DNA of 64,000 nt, from contig OZ249436.1 in NCBI GenBank assembly GCA_965235115.1, forward strand, positions 17,672,001 to 17,736,000. The letters are read 5' to 3'. The DNA is from Laetmonice hystrix (lineage: Eukaryota). Shown here piece by piece: positions 53,435 through 64,000 of the stretch. The position numbers and the translations under genes were made by a program. Numbering within the stretch: the first letter of the stretch is position 1; every line of letters starts with the position of its first letter. Below the pieces are notes generated by a model that saw only the letters and a program-made list of their open reading frames with translations, did not search any database and was not told the origin of the DNA.

Positions 53435-54520
53435 CGCCCCAACACAACCCTCGATTTCACCTAATGTCTATCCCTAAGTCCACACTTTCTCGACCCTCCC
53501 CGACCCACTTAAAGACCTGCGGCAGTGCTGGATCTCTGAGAATAAGTACATATAAATCTACACAATCTCTATAAATCTGAACGGGTGAACCAGAGCAGCC
53601 TTTCCGTAAGAGCAAACTTTCCCGGGCTGCCGTACTTTGTAAGGGAAACTTTCGCAGGCTGCCGCATAGACTTTCCTGGAAACTTTCCTGGGACGCAACC
53701 TGACTTCAGAATCGCTTACTTAGACAAAGTGAGGAAAAATCATTAACATTTTATTTAAAAGTTGATGGAAGCTTGAAGATCATTGATCATGATGTGACGT
53801 GTTTAAACGAGTTTGGGTCGTGTGAGTGCTCCCTCCGGATGGTGCTAACCCTGCTGGTCTGTACACTGGAGACCTTTACGGTTGGTATAACTGGAGGCCT
53901 CCACGCTCCGTATACATGGGAGACCTGCCCAGGTCGGCTCTGGAATCACCAACCAAATCACCTCCATCAGGTAGCAGCTGCTTGCACCACTCCCAGCCCA
54001 AAACGTGTTTTATATGCCAAACACCACTTTTAATTAACAGATTCCCCGGCCCAGCCTGGGCCTCTTGCAACCAATCTCTATGCAGCAGCAGCCCCCATTC
54101 GGGCCCCAGCCAATCAGTGAGGTGCCCCGATTATCTACGTTTAGCGCAGATACTGTTACTCTAATTGAATTAAGCCCCAGCAGGGATCGAGCTCGGGTGT
54201 GCTGGCGACGACATTGAAACAAACATGTGTTTTCTAGCCAGGAGCTAAGGTGTTTTTCACTGTGAACTGACGGAGTTTCACCGTGAGGCAACGGTAAAAA
54301 AACCATTATAAGATGTTTTTCTGACTAATGAATTTGATGCAGTTTTGGCAATGAACCTTTAACTATTTTGATGTTTCATTTCTTTATTATAGATTCCGCT
54401 ACATCTTTCTTTAGAGAACGGAAGCAGAAGCTCATAATGCATTAAAACACAGGTAGGTAAGCGGTTTCCACCAAGATAGTGTGGTTTTGAATATTAGACG
54501 CTATGTGCCATGCAAAGTCA

Positions 54521-54929
54521 ATATATGGTTTTCATAATGAGGTGACGTATGGTGGGCAGATTTGTGCCATAAGCCAATGTATTGTATTCACAATGAAGTG
54601 ACGTATTGGAGACAGATTTGTGCCATAAGTGCCATAAGCCATATAAGCCATAAGCCATATGGATTTCACAATGAGGTGACGTATGGTGGACAGATTGGTG
54701 CCATAAGTCAATATTATGGTTTTCACAATGAGATGAAGTATGGTAGACAGATTTGTGCCATAAGCATGGTTTTCACAATGACGTGAAGTATGGTGCACAG
54801 ATTTGTGCCATAAGTCAATATATAGTTTTTACAATGAGGTGAAGTATGGTGGACAGATTTGTGCCATAAGTCAATATATGATTTTCACAATGAGGTGACG
54901 TATTGTGGACGGTGACGTATTGTGGACAG
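54521..54929. repeat. Degenerate ~55-60-bp repeat
   Basis: TTTCACAATGAGGTGACGTATGGTGGACAGATTTGTGCCATAAGTCAATATATGG. Confidence 0.9.
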
Positions 54930-55426
54930 ATATTACCAGACCTGGAATACAGGCCGACCGGCTCCAGTGATGCCAACCCCCTCCTCCCAGAAATTTCCCC
55001 CGTCAACCTCCCCTCCCAGACAGAAAGCGCCGTATTCTGGGAGGGCCCTCGAGGCCAGTCATCCCTGGATCTAACACTGCTGGACGACCCCTTAGAAATG
55101 TCCGACTCGGCCGTTAACAGCTCGCTGCTTTCTCTTTATTCTTTCACTGCGAGCCGCACAAAGTGATAAATATCCTCGGATGATTGGTGTAAAACAGCCA
55201 CAAAATCCACGGCTGACGGAGACTGAGGTCGGCCAGAGTCCGAGCCCGAGCACCAGTGGTCACCATTATATTTATAGTTGATGTCACGGTGTCGTGGGCG
55301 GGCCAAGGTCGGCGCCTTTGTCAGATACTGGTGCCGTAAAGTTTACTCGATGTTTACAAATGGTGGAGGTTTGTCTGGGACTGAGTGAAGTGACATCATG
55401 GGGTCTGGACTCTGCGGAGACGGTCA

Positions 55427-56822
55427 GTGGGGTGGGGGTGGGGTACAGCAGGGAATGGTGGGGGTGGGGGTACAGCAGGGGGTGGTGGGGGTGGGGTACA
55501 GCAGGGAATGGTGGGGGTGGGGGTACAGCAGGGAATGGTGGGGGTGGGGGTACAGCAGGGAATGGTGGGGATGGGGGTACAGCAGGGAATGGTGGGGATG
55601 GGGGTACAGCAGGGAGTGGTGGGGGTGGGGTACAGCAGGGAATGTTGGGGTGGGGTACAGCAGGGAATGGTGGGGGTGGGGTACAGCAGGGAGTGGTGGG
55701 GGTGGGGTACAGCAGGGAATGGTGGGGGTGGGGTACAGCAGGGAGTGGTGGGGTGGGGGTACAGCAGGGGATGGTGGGGGTGGGGGTACAGCAGGGAGTG
55801 GTGGGGTGGGGGTACAGCAGGGAATGGTGGGGGTGGGGTACAGCAGGGAGTGGTGGGGGTGGGGTACAGCAGGGAGTGGTGGGGGTGGGGGTACAGCAGG
55901 GAATGTTGGGGTGGGGTACAGCAGGGAATGGTGGGGGTGGGGTACAGCAGGGAGTGGTGGGGTGGGGGTACAGCAGGGAATGGTGGGGGTGGGGTACAGC
56001 AGGGAGTGGTGGGGTGGGGGTACAGCAGGGGATGGTGGGGGTGGGGGTACAGCAGGGAGTGGTGGGGTGGGGGTACAGCAGGGAGTGGTCGGGGCGGGGT
56101 CCAGCAGGGAGTGGTGGGGGCGGGGTCCAGCAGGGAGTGGTGGGGGTAGGGTGGGTACAGCAGGGAGTGGTGGGGTGGGAGTACAGGTAGTGGGGTGGGG
56201 TGGGTACAGCAGGGAGTGGTGGGGTGGGGTGGGGGTACAGCAGGGAGTGGTGGGGGCGGGGTCCAGCAGGGAGTGGTGGGGTGGGGTGGGTACAGCAGGG
56301 AGTGGTGGGGTGGGGTGGGGGTACAGCAGGGAGTGGTGGGGTGGGGTGGGTACAGCAGGGAGTGGTGGGGTGAGGTGGGGGTACAGCAGGGAGTGGTGGG
56401 GTGGGGTGGGGGTACAGCAGGGAGTGGTGGGGTGGGGTGGGTACAGCAGGGAGTGGTGGGGTGGGGGTACAGCAGGGAGTGGTGGGTGGGGTGGGGGTAC
56501 AGCAGGAAGTGGTGGGGTGGGGTGGGGGTACGGCAGGGAGTGGTGGGGTGGGGTGGGTACAGCAGGGAGTGGTGGGGTGGGGTGGGTACAGTAGGAAGTG
56601 GTGGGGTGGGGTGGGGGTACAGCAGGGAGTGGTGGGGTGGGGGTACAGCAGGGAGTGGTGGGGTGGGGTGGGTACAGCAGGGAGTGGTGGGGTGGGGTGG
56701 GTACAGCAGGGAGTGGTGGGGTGGGGTGGGGGTACAGCAGGGAGTGGTGGGGTGGGGTGGGGGTACAGCAGGGAGTGGTGGGGTGGAGTGGGTACAGCAG
56801 GGAGTGGTGGGGTGGGGTGGAG
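55427..56822. repeat. G-rich minisatellite, ~26-32-bp unit, ~50 copies
   Basis: GTACAGCAGGGAGTGGTGGGGTGGGG. Confidence 0.97.
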
Positions 56823-57352
56823 GGCACGGGACTTTGATTGGGGCACATGCATAAACCCGCGTGCTGATCGGATTATGACAGTTACTGGAGGAACCGTTTG
56901 ATGAGGTCCCGGGAGGAGATTCCTCCAGGGAGGCAGGCGAGGGGTTTATGGGAGAGTCGGCCACGGTCTGGAGGATCTAGAAGAGTTGTGGAGGCGGCAG
57001 ACAGCGGGCGACCTCCAGTAGGGCACTCCAGTATAGCCGATCAGTCGGCCGGTCAGTCGTCGTGCCACCATCACAGCCAGAGATCACAGGGCGGAGTGGG
57101 TCCGCAGTGACCTTGACCGTGACCTTGGAGCTCCGTCTCCACCATAGACAGTAAATACAGCTCCCTGGGCACTGTTCCTATTCTGAACGGTGACCTTTGA
57201 CCTGTGACGTCACCAATAAAGGTATACAGCCTATCTACACCTCTGACAGGGTCTTTTTCCGATCGACATGCCAGGATAGGGCAGCTAGGTCGGGCAGGGG
57301 ATTGAACACGAAAATCTGTATAGGAAGGAGTCCATGGATTAGCCGGACCCTT

Positions 57353-59120
57353 CCCATCGTCTCCGTGACGTCCATGAGTTATGCGATGACGTCTGACTGT
57401 TCGTTTGTTTCCACCGTCACCGTGACGTCTATGACGTCTGTGATGACGTGTGGCAGTACGTTTGTTTCCCACCGTCTCCGTGACGTCTGACGTCTATGAT
57501 GACGTGTGGCAGTACGTTTGTTTCCCACCGTCACCGTGACGTCTATGACGTCTGTGATGACGTGTGGCAGTACGTTTGTTTCCCATCGTCTCCGTGACGT
57601 CCATGACGTCTGTGATGACGTGTGGCAGTACGTTTGTTTCCCACCGTCACCATGACGTCTATAACGTCTGTGATGACGTGTGGCAGTACGTGTGTTTACC
57701 ACCGTCACCATGACGTCTATGACGTCTGTGATGACGTGTGGCAGTGCGTTTGTCTCCCATCGTCTCCGTGACGTCTGACGTCTGTGATGACGTGCGGCAG
57801 TACGTGTGTTTACCACCGTCACCATGACGTCTATGACGTCTGTGATGACGTGTGGCAGTACGTGTGTTTACCACCGTCACCATGACGTCTATGACGTCTG
57901 TGACGACGTGTGGCAGTGCGTTTGTCTCCCATCGTCTCCGTGACGTCTATGACGTCTGTGATGACGTGTGGCAGTGACGTTTGTTTACCACCGTCTCCGT
58001 GACGTCTGATGTCTGTGATGACGTGTGGCAGTACGTTTGTTTACCACCGTCTCCGTGACGTCTGACGTCTGTGATGACGTGTGACAGTACGTTTGTTTAC
58101 CACCGTCACCATGACGTCTATGACGTCTGTGATGACGTGTGGCAGTGACGTTTGTTTACCACCGTCTCCGTGACGTCTGATGTCTGTGATGACGTGTGGC
58201 AGTACATTTGTTTACCACCGTCACCGTGACGTCTGACGTCTGTGATGACGTGTGGCAGTACGTTTGTTTACCACCGTCTCCGTGACGTCTGACGTCTGTG
58301 ATGACGTGTGGCAGTACGTTTGTTTACCACCGTCACCGTGACGTCTATGATGTCTGTGATGACGTGTGGCAGTACGTTTGTTTAATTACCACCGTCTCCG
58401 TGACGTCTGACGTCTGTGATGACGTGTGACAGTACGTTTGTTTACCACCGTCTCCGTGACGTCTGTGATGACGTGTGACAGTACGTTTGTTTACCACCGT
58501 CTCCGTGACGTCTGACGTCTGTGATGACGTGTGACAGTACGTTTGTTTACCACCGTCTCCGTGACGTCTGACGTCTGTGATGACGTGTGGCAGTACATTT
58601 GTTTACCACCGTCTCCGTGACGTCTGACGTCTGTGATGACGTGTGGCAGTACGTTTGTTTCCATCGTCACCGTGACGTCTATGACGTCTATGATGACGTG
58701 TGACAGTACGTTTGTTTCCCACCGTCACCGTGACGTCTATGACGTCTGTGATGACGTGTGGCAGTGCGTTTGTTTACGACCGTCTCCGTGACGTCCATGA
58801 CGTCTGTGATGACGTGTGGCAGTACGTTTGTTTACCACCGTCACCATGACGTCTATGACGTCTGTGATGACGTGTGGCAGTACGTTTGTTTACCACCGTC
58901 ACCGTGACGTCTGACGTCTGTGATGACGTGTGGCAGTACGTGTGTTTACCACCGTCTCCGTGACGTCTGACGTCTGTGATGACGTGTAGCAGTACGTATG
59001 TTTCCACCGTCACCATGACGTCCATGACGTCTGTGATGACGTGTGGCAGTGCGTTTGTTTACCACCGTCTCCGTGACGTCCATGACGTCTGTGATGACGT
59101 GTGGCAGTACGTTTGTTTAC
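57353..59120. repeat. Minisatellite, ~56-58-bp unit, ~30 copies
   Basis: CCACCGTCTCCGTGACGTCT(AT)GACGTCTGTGATGACGTGTGGCAGTACGTTTGTTTA. Confidence 0.97.
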
Positions 59121-60232
59121 AACAAACGTATCAAACGTAATGTTGTGTGATGTCATTCGGTTTCCTTGTTTGCTAGGGTTAGTGATGTTTTTTGCCCTCC
59201 ATTGAGCTTCTCCAGGCTTAATAACACAAGCAACCTGTTATCCACGTGTTTATGACAAACTACCTGTTATTCTCTGCATTTTGCTGGTTTTTTCTTGTCC
59301 GTCTCGTTTAAAAAAAATGTTGTTCTTCTTTTTTTTGTGGCTTTTTCCCCTGTTCGCTCTGATTAAATAGCCCCAACACTTCATTCTGAAGTCTCTTGTA
59401 CTCGATCTTACCGACGTTTTTGCCGATCATATGTATGTGTCCGGATACAGGTGCTTAATTTCTTTTCTTTTTATTTTTGTTTTAAACTCTTTCCCGGGAA
59501 GAAAAAAATCCTGACAAATGCTCCTAGTTTTGTTTTCGGTACGACATCAATTCTTGTATTTCCCCCCCCCCCCCATGTCATTATTCTTGTTGTTTTATTT
59601 GTGTCTGATTCAGAATATGATGTGATTGATGGAAACAAACAGCAGAGACAAGATTGCTCATGTTGCTTGCCGTCTCACACCAAAACCTTGTAGTGTGTCT
59701 GTTCTCCTCTCATAACGAATATATTAATGATTGATCAGAGCATGCTTTCCTTATCAAGTGCCGTTTTAGGCTGCGAATATCCGACATATATTTGATGGGA
59801 GTCCTGATAAAGCGTGGGAAGTATTTATAGCGGGAGGTGGGGCCCTAACTACCCCAGCTGCCCCTTCTCAACCACTGATGACTCTATCTCCTAGGGGTCA
59901 GAAGTCAATCACGTAAGCCATGCGTACTGAAGGTATTTTGGGGGACTTACCGGTCAGTGGCAGCTGGCGCATGCGCAGTGGGTGAATCAGTGCCCGACGA
60001 ACAATTCATTGAGACCGTGTCTGTTTCACTCCCTCACCGTACCCTGCGCCTGAGGCCTGTCAGGGGATGGAGGGGGGGGGGGGGGTGCAGGGGGTTAAGG
60101 GAGAGGGGGTTGCCTCCTTCTAGCTGTCAATAGGAGTATACAGGTCAGGCGGCAGAAAACAATCAGCCTCGCAAAGAATTCTCGTCAGAACAGGTTTGAC
60201 CTTTTCAAGGTCAGCGGTGTGTTATGTAACAC

Positions 60233-60593
60233 TTGTGTAAAAATCGTAGGCGTACTTATCTCCTTCATGTTGGTCTGTCAGAGTACCAAACGTAATACAC
60301 ATGTGTAAAAAATCTCAGGGGTATTTATCTCCTTCATGTTGGTCTGTCAGGGTACCAAACGTAATACACATGTGTAAAAAGTCTCAGGCGTATCTCCTTC
60401 ATGTTGGTCTGTCAGAGTACCAAACGTAATACACATGTGTAAAAAATCTCAGGCGTATTTATCTCCTTCATGTTGGTCTGTCAGAGTACCAAACGTAATA
60501 CACATGTGTAAAAATCTCAGGCGTATCTCCTTCATGTCGGTCTGTCAGAGTAACAAACGTAATACACATGTGTAAAAAATCTCAGGCGTATCT
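60233..60593. repeat. ~65-69-bp unit, ~5 copies
   Basis: TATCTCCTTCATGTTGGTCTGTCAGAGTACCAAACGTAATACACATGTGTAAAAAATCTCAGGCG. Confidence 0.94.
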
Positions 60594-63559
60594 CGCAGTC
60601 AGCAAATATGGTGTAGATATCTAGGTTATATAAGGGGGAGGGAAAAGCCAGGGCATGATGTAGAATTATTCATTATCTTTATTACATTAAGAGTCTCAAC
60701 AAAACTCTATTTTTAAACCACAATGACTATTTTTGGGTAATGTACCCATTGTGTTTGGCTGAAGGTGCATGTCCGTAATGTACCCATTGCGTTAGACTGA
60801 AGGTGTATGTATTGTACCCATTGTGTTAAATTGGGGGTGTTTAATTTGTATTGTACCCATTGTGTTAGACTGGGGGTGTTTGTATTATACCCATTGTGTT
60901 AGACGGAAGGTGTGCGGAGTCCATGGCAGGGTCGGTTTGTGTGGCGACCGCGAGATGGCGCTGTGCCGTGCGCCCACCCAGCCAGACGTCATTCTTCACA
61001 GTGCCCGACATGGCCTCATGCTTGAACTGATTATGAAAATCTATCAGGGACGAATTCAGGAAAGTGAATCAGGAGAAATACTTGTGAATAAGATGAATGC
61101 GTCATGGTTATTTGATTTGAAAGACGCATTCCTCCTAGCATGATGTTGGTGGGGGGAGAGGAGAAGAAATTGGTGGTGGGCAGGCAGAGAGCAGTCATTT
61201 GTCACTGTCACTGTCCGAACTCAATCCAGACCACTGACCAACACGCCGAATGGCTACTTCACTGATGGGGGTTTCATTTGATGAATCCTTCTCACAATCT
61301 GGGCTGTGATTGGCAAACAGAGAACGCCCATTCTACCCGCTACTGATCCCACCAGGAGGAGCCACCACCGGGTTTACACCTTGACACCAAGTGTGAGAAT
61401 ATATGACATAGACCATAATCTCAACCTGTCAATCAAAGCTTAGGTTTTCTCAATCCGCCATCTGTACGTCCTAAGGAAGGGATTGCACTGATCAGAATGT
61501 TGATGTGAGGCATTGATTGTGTTTTACTCAGCCACAGTGCGATGAGTGTTAATGTTGACGGGAGCTCGGACGGCTGACGAACGAGGCCGAGTATAAAGTT
61601 ACAATCATATCAATTATCGCTCGGATACAGCATCCAACACGTGCCCATTAACGTATGCATTGTTTTTAATGGATAACACTTTAGAAAGAAGAACTTTTCC
61701 CGGAAACAAAGAAAGTAGGCAACAAAAGGGGAAGTGATCTGTAGTCGGTGAGCGTTGTTAATTTAGTTGTTAGGGGATACGTCCTGTGACGTGTGACGTG
61801 GGCTGTGCTGGGTGTTGGGGTGTTACACGCCTACATTACGACATGATGTATGTCGTGCTGATCATCGCCTTGAATACTAATCAGGCTGAGTGAAGCAAGG
61901 CATGCGCGTTGCGAGATGTGACCCACATACTCATTCCGTTTCCGGCGTCCGGTGTAGGAGGTCAGTGCCCTGCGCGTTCTCAATCTGAGGGCCTTCTGTC
62001 CCTCCATTCTCCACATCCAGGCAGCGCCTCGTGCAGTCCTACTATCGTCTTCAGATCATGACTACCCAATATTTATAATAAAGAAATTACATTATGGAAA
62101 ATTGAAACAAATACAGTGGTGGTGGCCTTCATGACAGCAGACACAGTGCAGACCAAACCATTTTACTGACCAATCCTGCCGCCTGTCGGGACAGCCGGCC
62201 GTGAATTATCTCTCCCGGCATGCCTTGGGTTGGCCGACAAAGATTCATCAGAAGGTTTTTTTTAGAAGCGCCCTTTAGCCAAGCAAGGCATGCGAGAAGG
62301 CATTGCAGTTTTTTTTCCAGGTGCCATAAATCGTTATTTAAATAAAGGGCATTATGATTTAAAACTCTCTCCGTCTGATTAGCTTTGGTTTAAAACATTG
62401 AAAAACACTTCTGGTGGTGAGTGGAAAACTCTCTGAGGAAGTCGGTAACAGTGCTTAACGTCCGCTTACCTCGGAAGTCGGTAACAGTGCTTAACGTCCG
62501 CTTACCTCGGACGGGAGACTTGCTTGCCAGGTTCAGCATATCAAGATCTATAGTTTCCGCACTATATTGGAATTTAGAGTCCAGAAAGTATTGTTGTGTA
62601 ATTAATTAAGTATGGGGATAAACTTTCCAAATCAGGCCTTCCATGCAGGCCACTAGATAGCGCCCTCTCGCGGGTATACATGGTACCAGGTAACGATTGG
62701 TGATTGGGCACCCGGTCATAAGATAGAACATGCCACTCCTTTCGTCTCTGTACAAAATACCGGGTCGGAGGGAAGGGGGGCTGCTTGATAGACAGCCCCC
62801 GTCCTCCCCGCGGGAAAGGCCAATCGAAGACAACTGGGCTGTATTGAACGTTGTCCAATCGTCACCTCAGAAGTCAAAATAGGGAAATCATCGGGAAGAA
62901 ATAGTTGCTGGGCCCAGGGCAGGTCGGTCGTGATGGGTCGGGTGGTACTGAAATTGATGGGGTACGAACTGCCCACCCCCAGATACGGCGTCTCTCAGTC
63001 GGCTCACTGTACCGTCGTCCTTGTGGCTGGCGTCCCGGGTCTGGTCACAGATGACCGTGGCTGTTCGTTCATACGAAACAAAAATATATAAATAGGTTAA
63101 CTAATGGGAAACTTAATGTTTCGCTAAAAGTTCGAAACGGGCGTAAAACTAAGAGCTATAGCAGGCAGTCAGGCAATTCCCATTGCGTTCCCCTCCTGAC
63201 TGTACTGCAATGTCGGGAGTTGGGTATCACTTGTTAGATTGTGTTGTATAGCACTGAAACTTAACGTATAACTAGCCTCGAGTTTTATATTTCAAACAAG
63301 AGTTTCAGTTTGTGAGATCTGAACCCATTAGAGGAAGTAGAAATATGTGGATGGTGCCGGGGGAGTCAGGGAGGGGGAAGACACTAGGCCTATATCGGCG
63401 AGCAGGGGCGGGGGGGGGGAGACACTAGGCCTATATCGGCGAGCAGGGGGGGGGGGGGGAGACCAACACGCTTACAGAAAATGTACCTTCCTCATTATAC
63501 ATGCGTCTTGATGAGCTGGAGCATGGAATGATTCAATCGCCGAGAGTTTATTGATTTCC

Positions 63560-64000
63560 ATCATTTCCTGCTCACTGACCTCGAGACGGCGGGAGCGTCG
63601 CCGCTGGCCGCCACTAGAGGCCGCTGGTGTCGGGCGGGGGAGAAGGCGCGAGGCGGGGCCGAGGGCCGCCGACCTATTAGACACTCTCTGATTGAGTCAT
63701 GTCGCCCACTGTTTATGATTTATGCGCATGCGCGGAGCTGAGGTGCGAATTGTCTTGATTCACTGGACAGGAGAGATAGCGCAGCCTCGCTTCCATTACC
63801 AGCATTTTCGAAATTGACAAACGGAAATAGTTGTTGGGAAATTGAGTCTGGAGTGAATGTGATCGTGGAGCCCGCCATGTTGGCGGTGGGCCGGCGTGGG
63901 GCAGGGCCGGCGGGCCGCTCTTAACGTCCGGGTTAGGGGCAATCTGACCCTGCCTGACGGGGGACGCTTCCTGGGGGTCCCCGGCCTGGAGCAGGCCAGG
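63560..64000. promoter_or_regulatory. GC/CpG-rich promoter-like region
   Basis: High GC and CpG. NRF1-type TGCGCATGCGC at 63723-63733, YY1-like CCGCCATGTT at 63872-63881, GC boxes, CGGAAA ETS-like site. Confidence 0.4.

Noticed and set aside
55284..56964. Several 200-520-aa Pro/Gly-rich ORFs
   Set aside because: Open in nearly all frames because of the G-rich repeat.
54392..57330. Exon-like unique islands between arrays (54392-54452, 54940-55166, 56880-57330)
   Set aside because: Could not build a consistent spliced reading frame on either strand.
2642..60593. Arrays as possible CRISPR loci
   Set aside because: Units are head-to-tail without unique spacers, there are no cas genes, and the context is eukaryotic.
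62890..63684. Candidate two-exon minus-strand gene (donor near 63475, acceptor near 63061)
   Set aside because: Splice phases do not join the open frames, and the peptides are unrecognisable.

Overview
Repeat-rich eukaryotic DNA, most likely non-coding (intronic or intergenic) sequence from a bilaterian invertebrate. I could not support any host protein-coding exon. The only convincing protein is an uninterrupted, 5'-truncated LINE ORF2 (reverse transcriptase plus C-terminal Cys/His motif) on the minus strand at about 10.1-12.4 kb. About 35-40 mutually unrelated tandem arrays (units of 2-117 bp) cover roughly a quarter to a third of the window by hand estimate, and they explain nearly all other long ORFs in the track. 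Between them are several small non-autonomous transposons recognised from their termini: a 917-bp foldback-like element with a 7-bp TSD, a 432-bp palindromic MITE, a 160-bp MITE, a TIR element enclosing a decayed LINE fragment, a candidate Helitron, and a SINE-like insert inside a minisatellite. There are also about 10 CTCF-like motifs and a GC-rich promoter-like right end. I found no CRISPR array, rRNA, complete tRNA or clear multi-gene novel system. Coordinates and counts were read by eye and may be off by a few bases.
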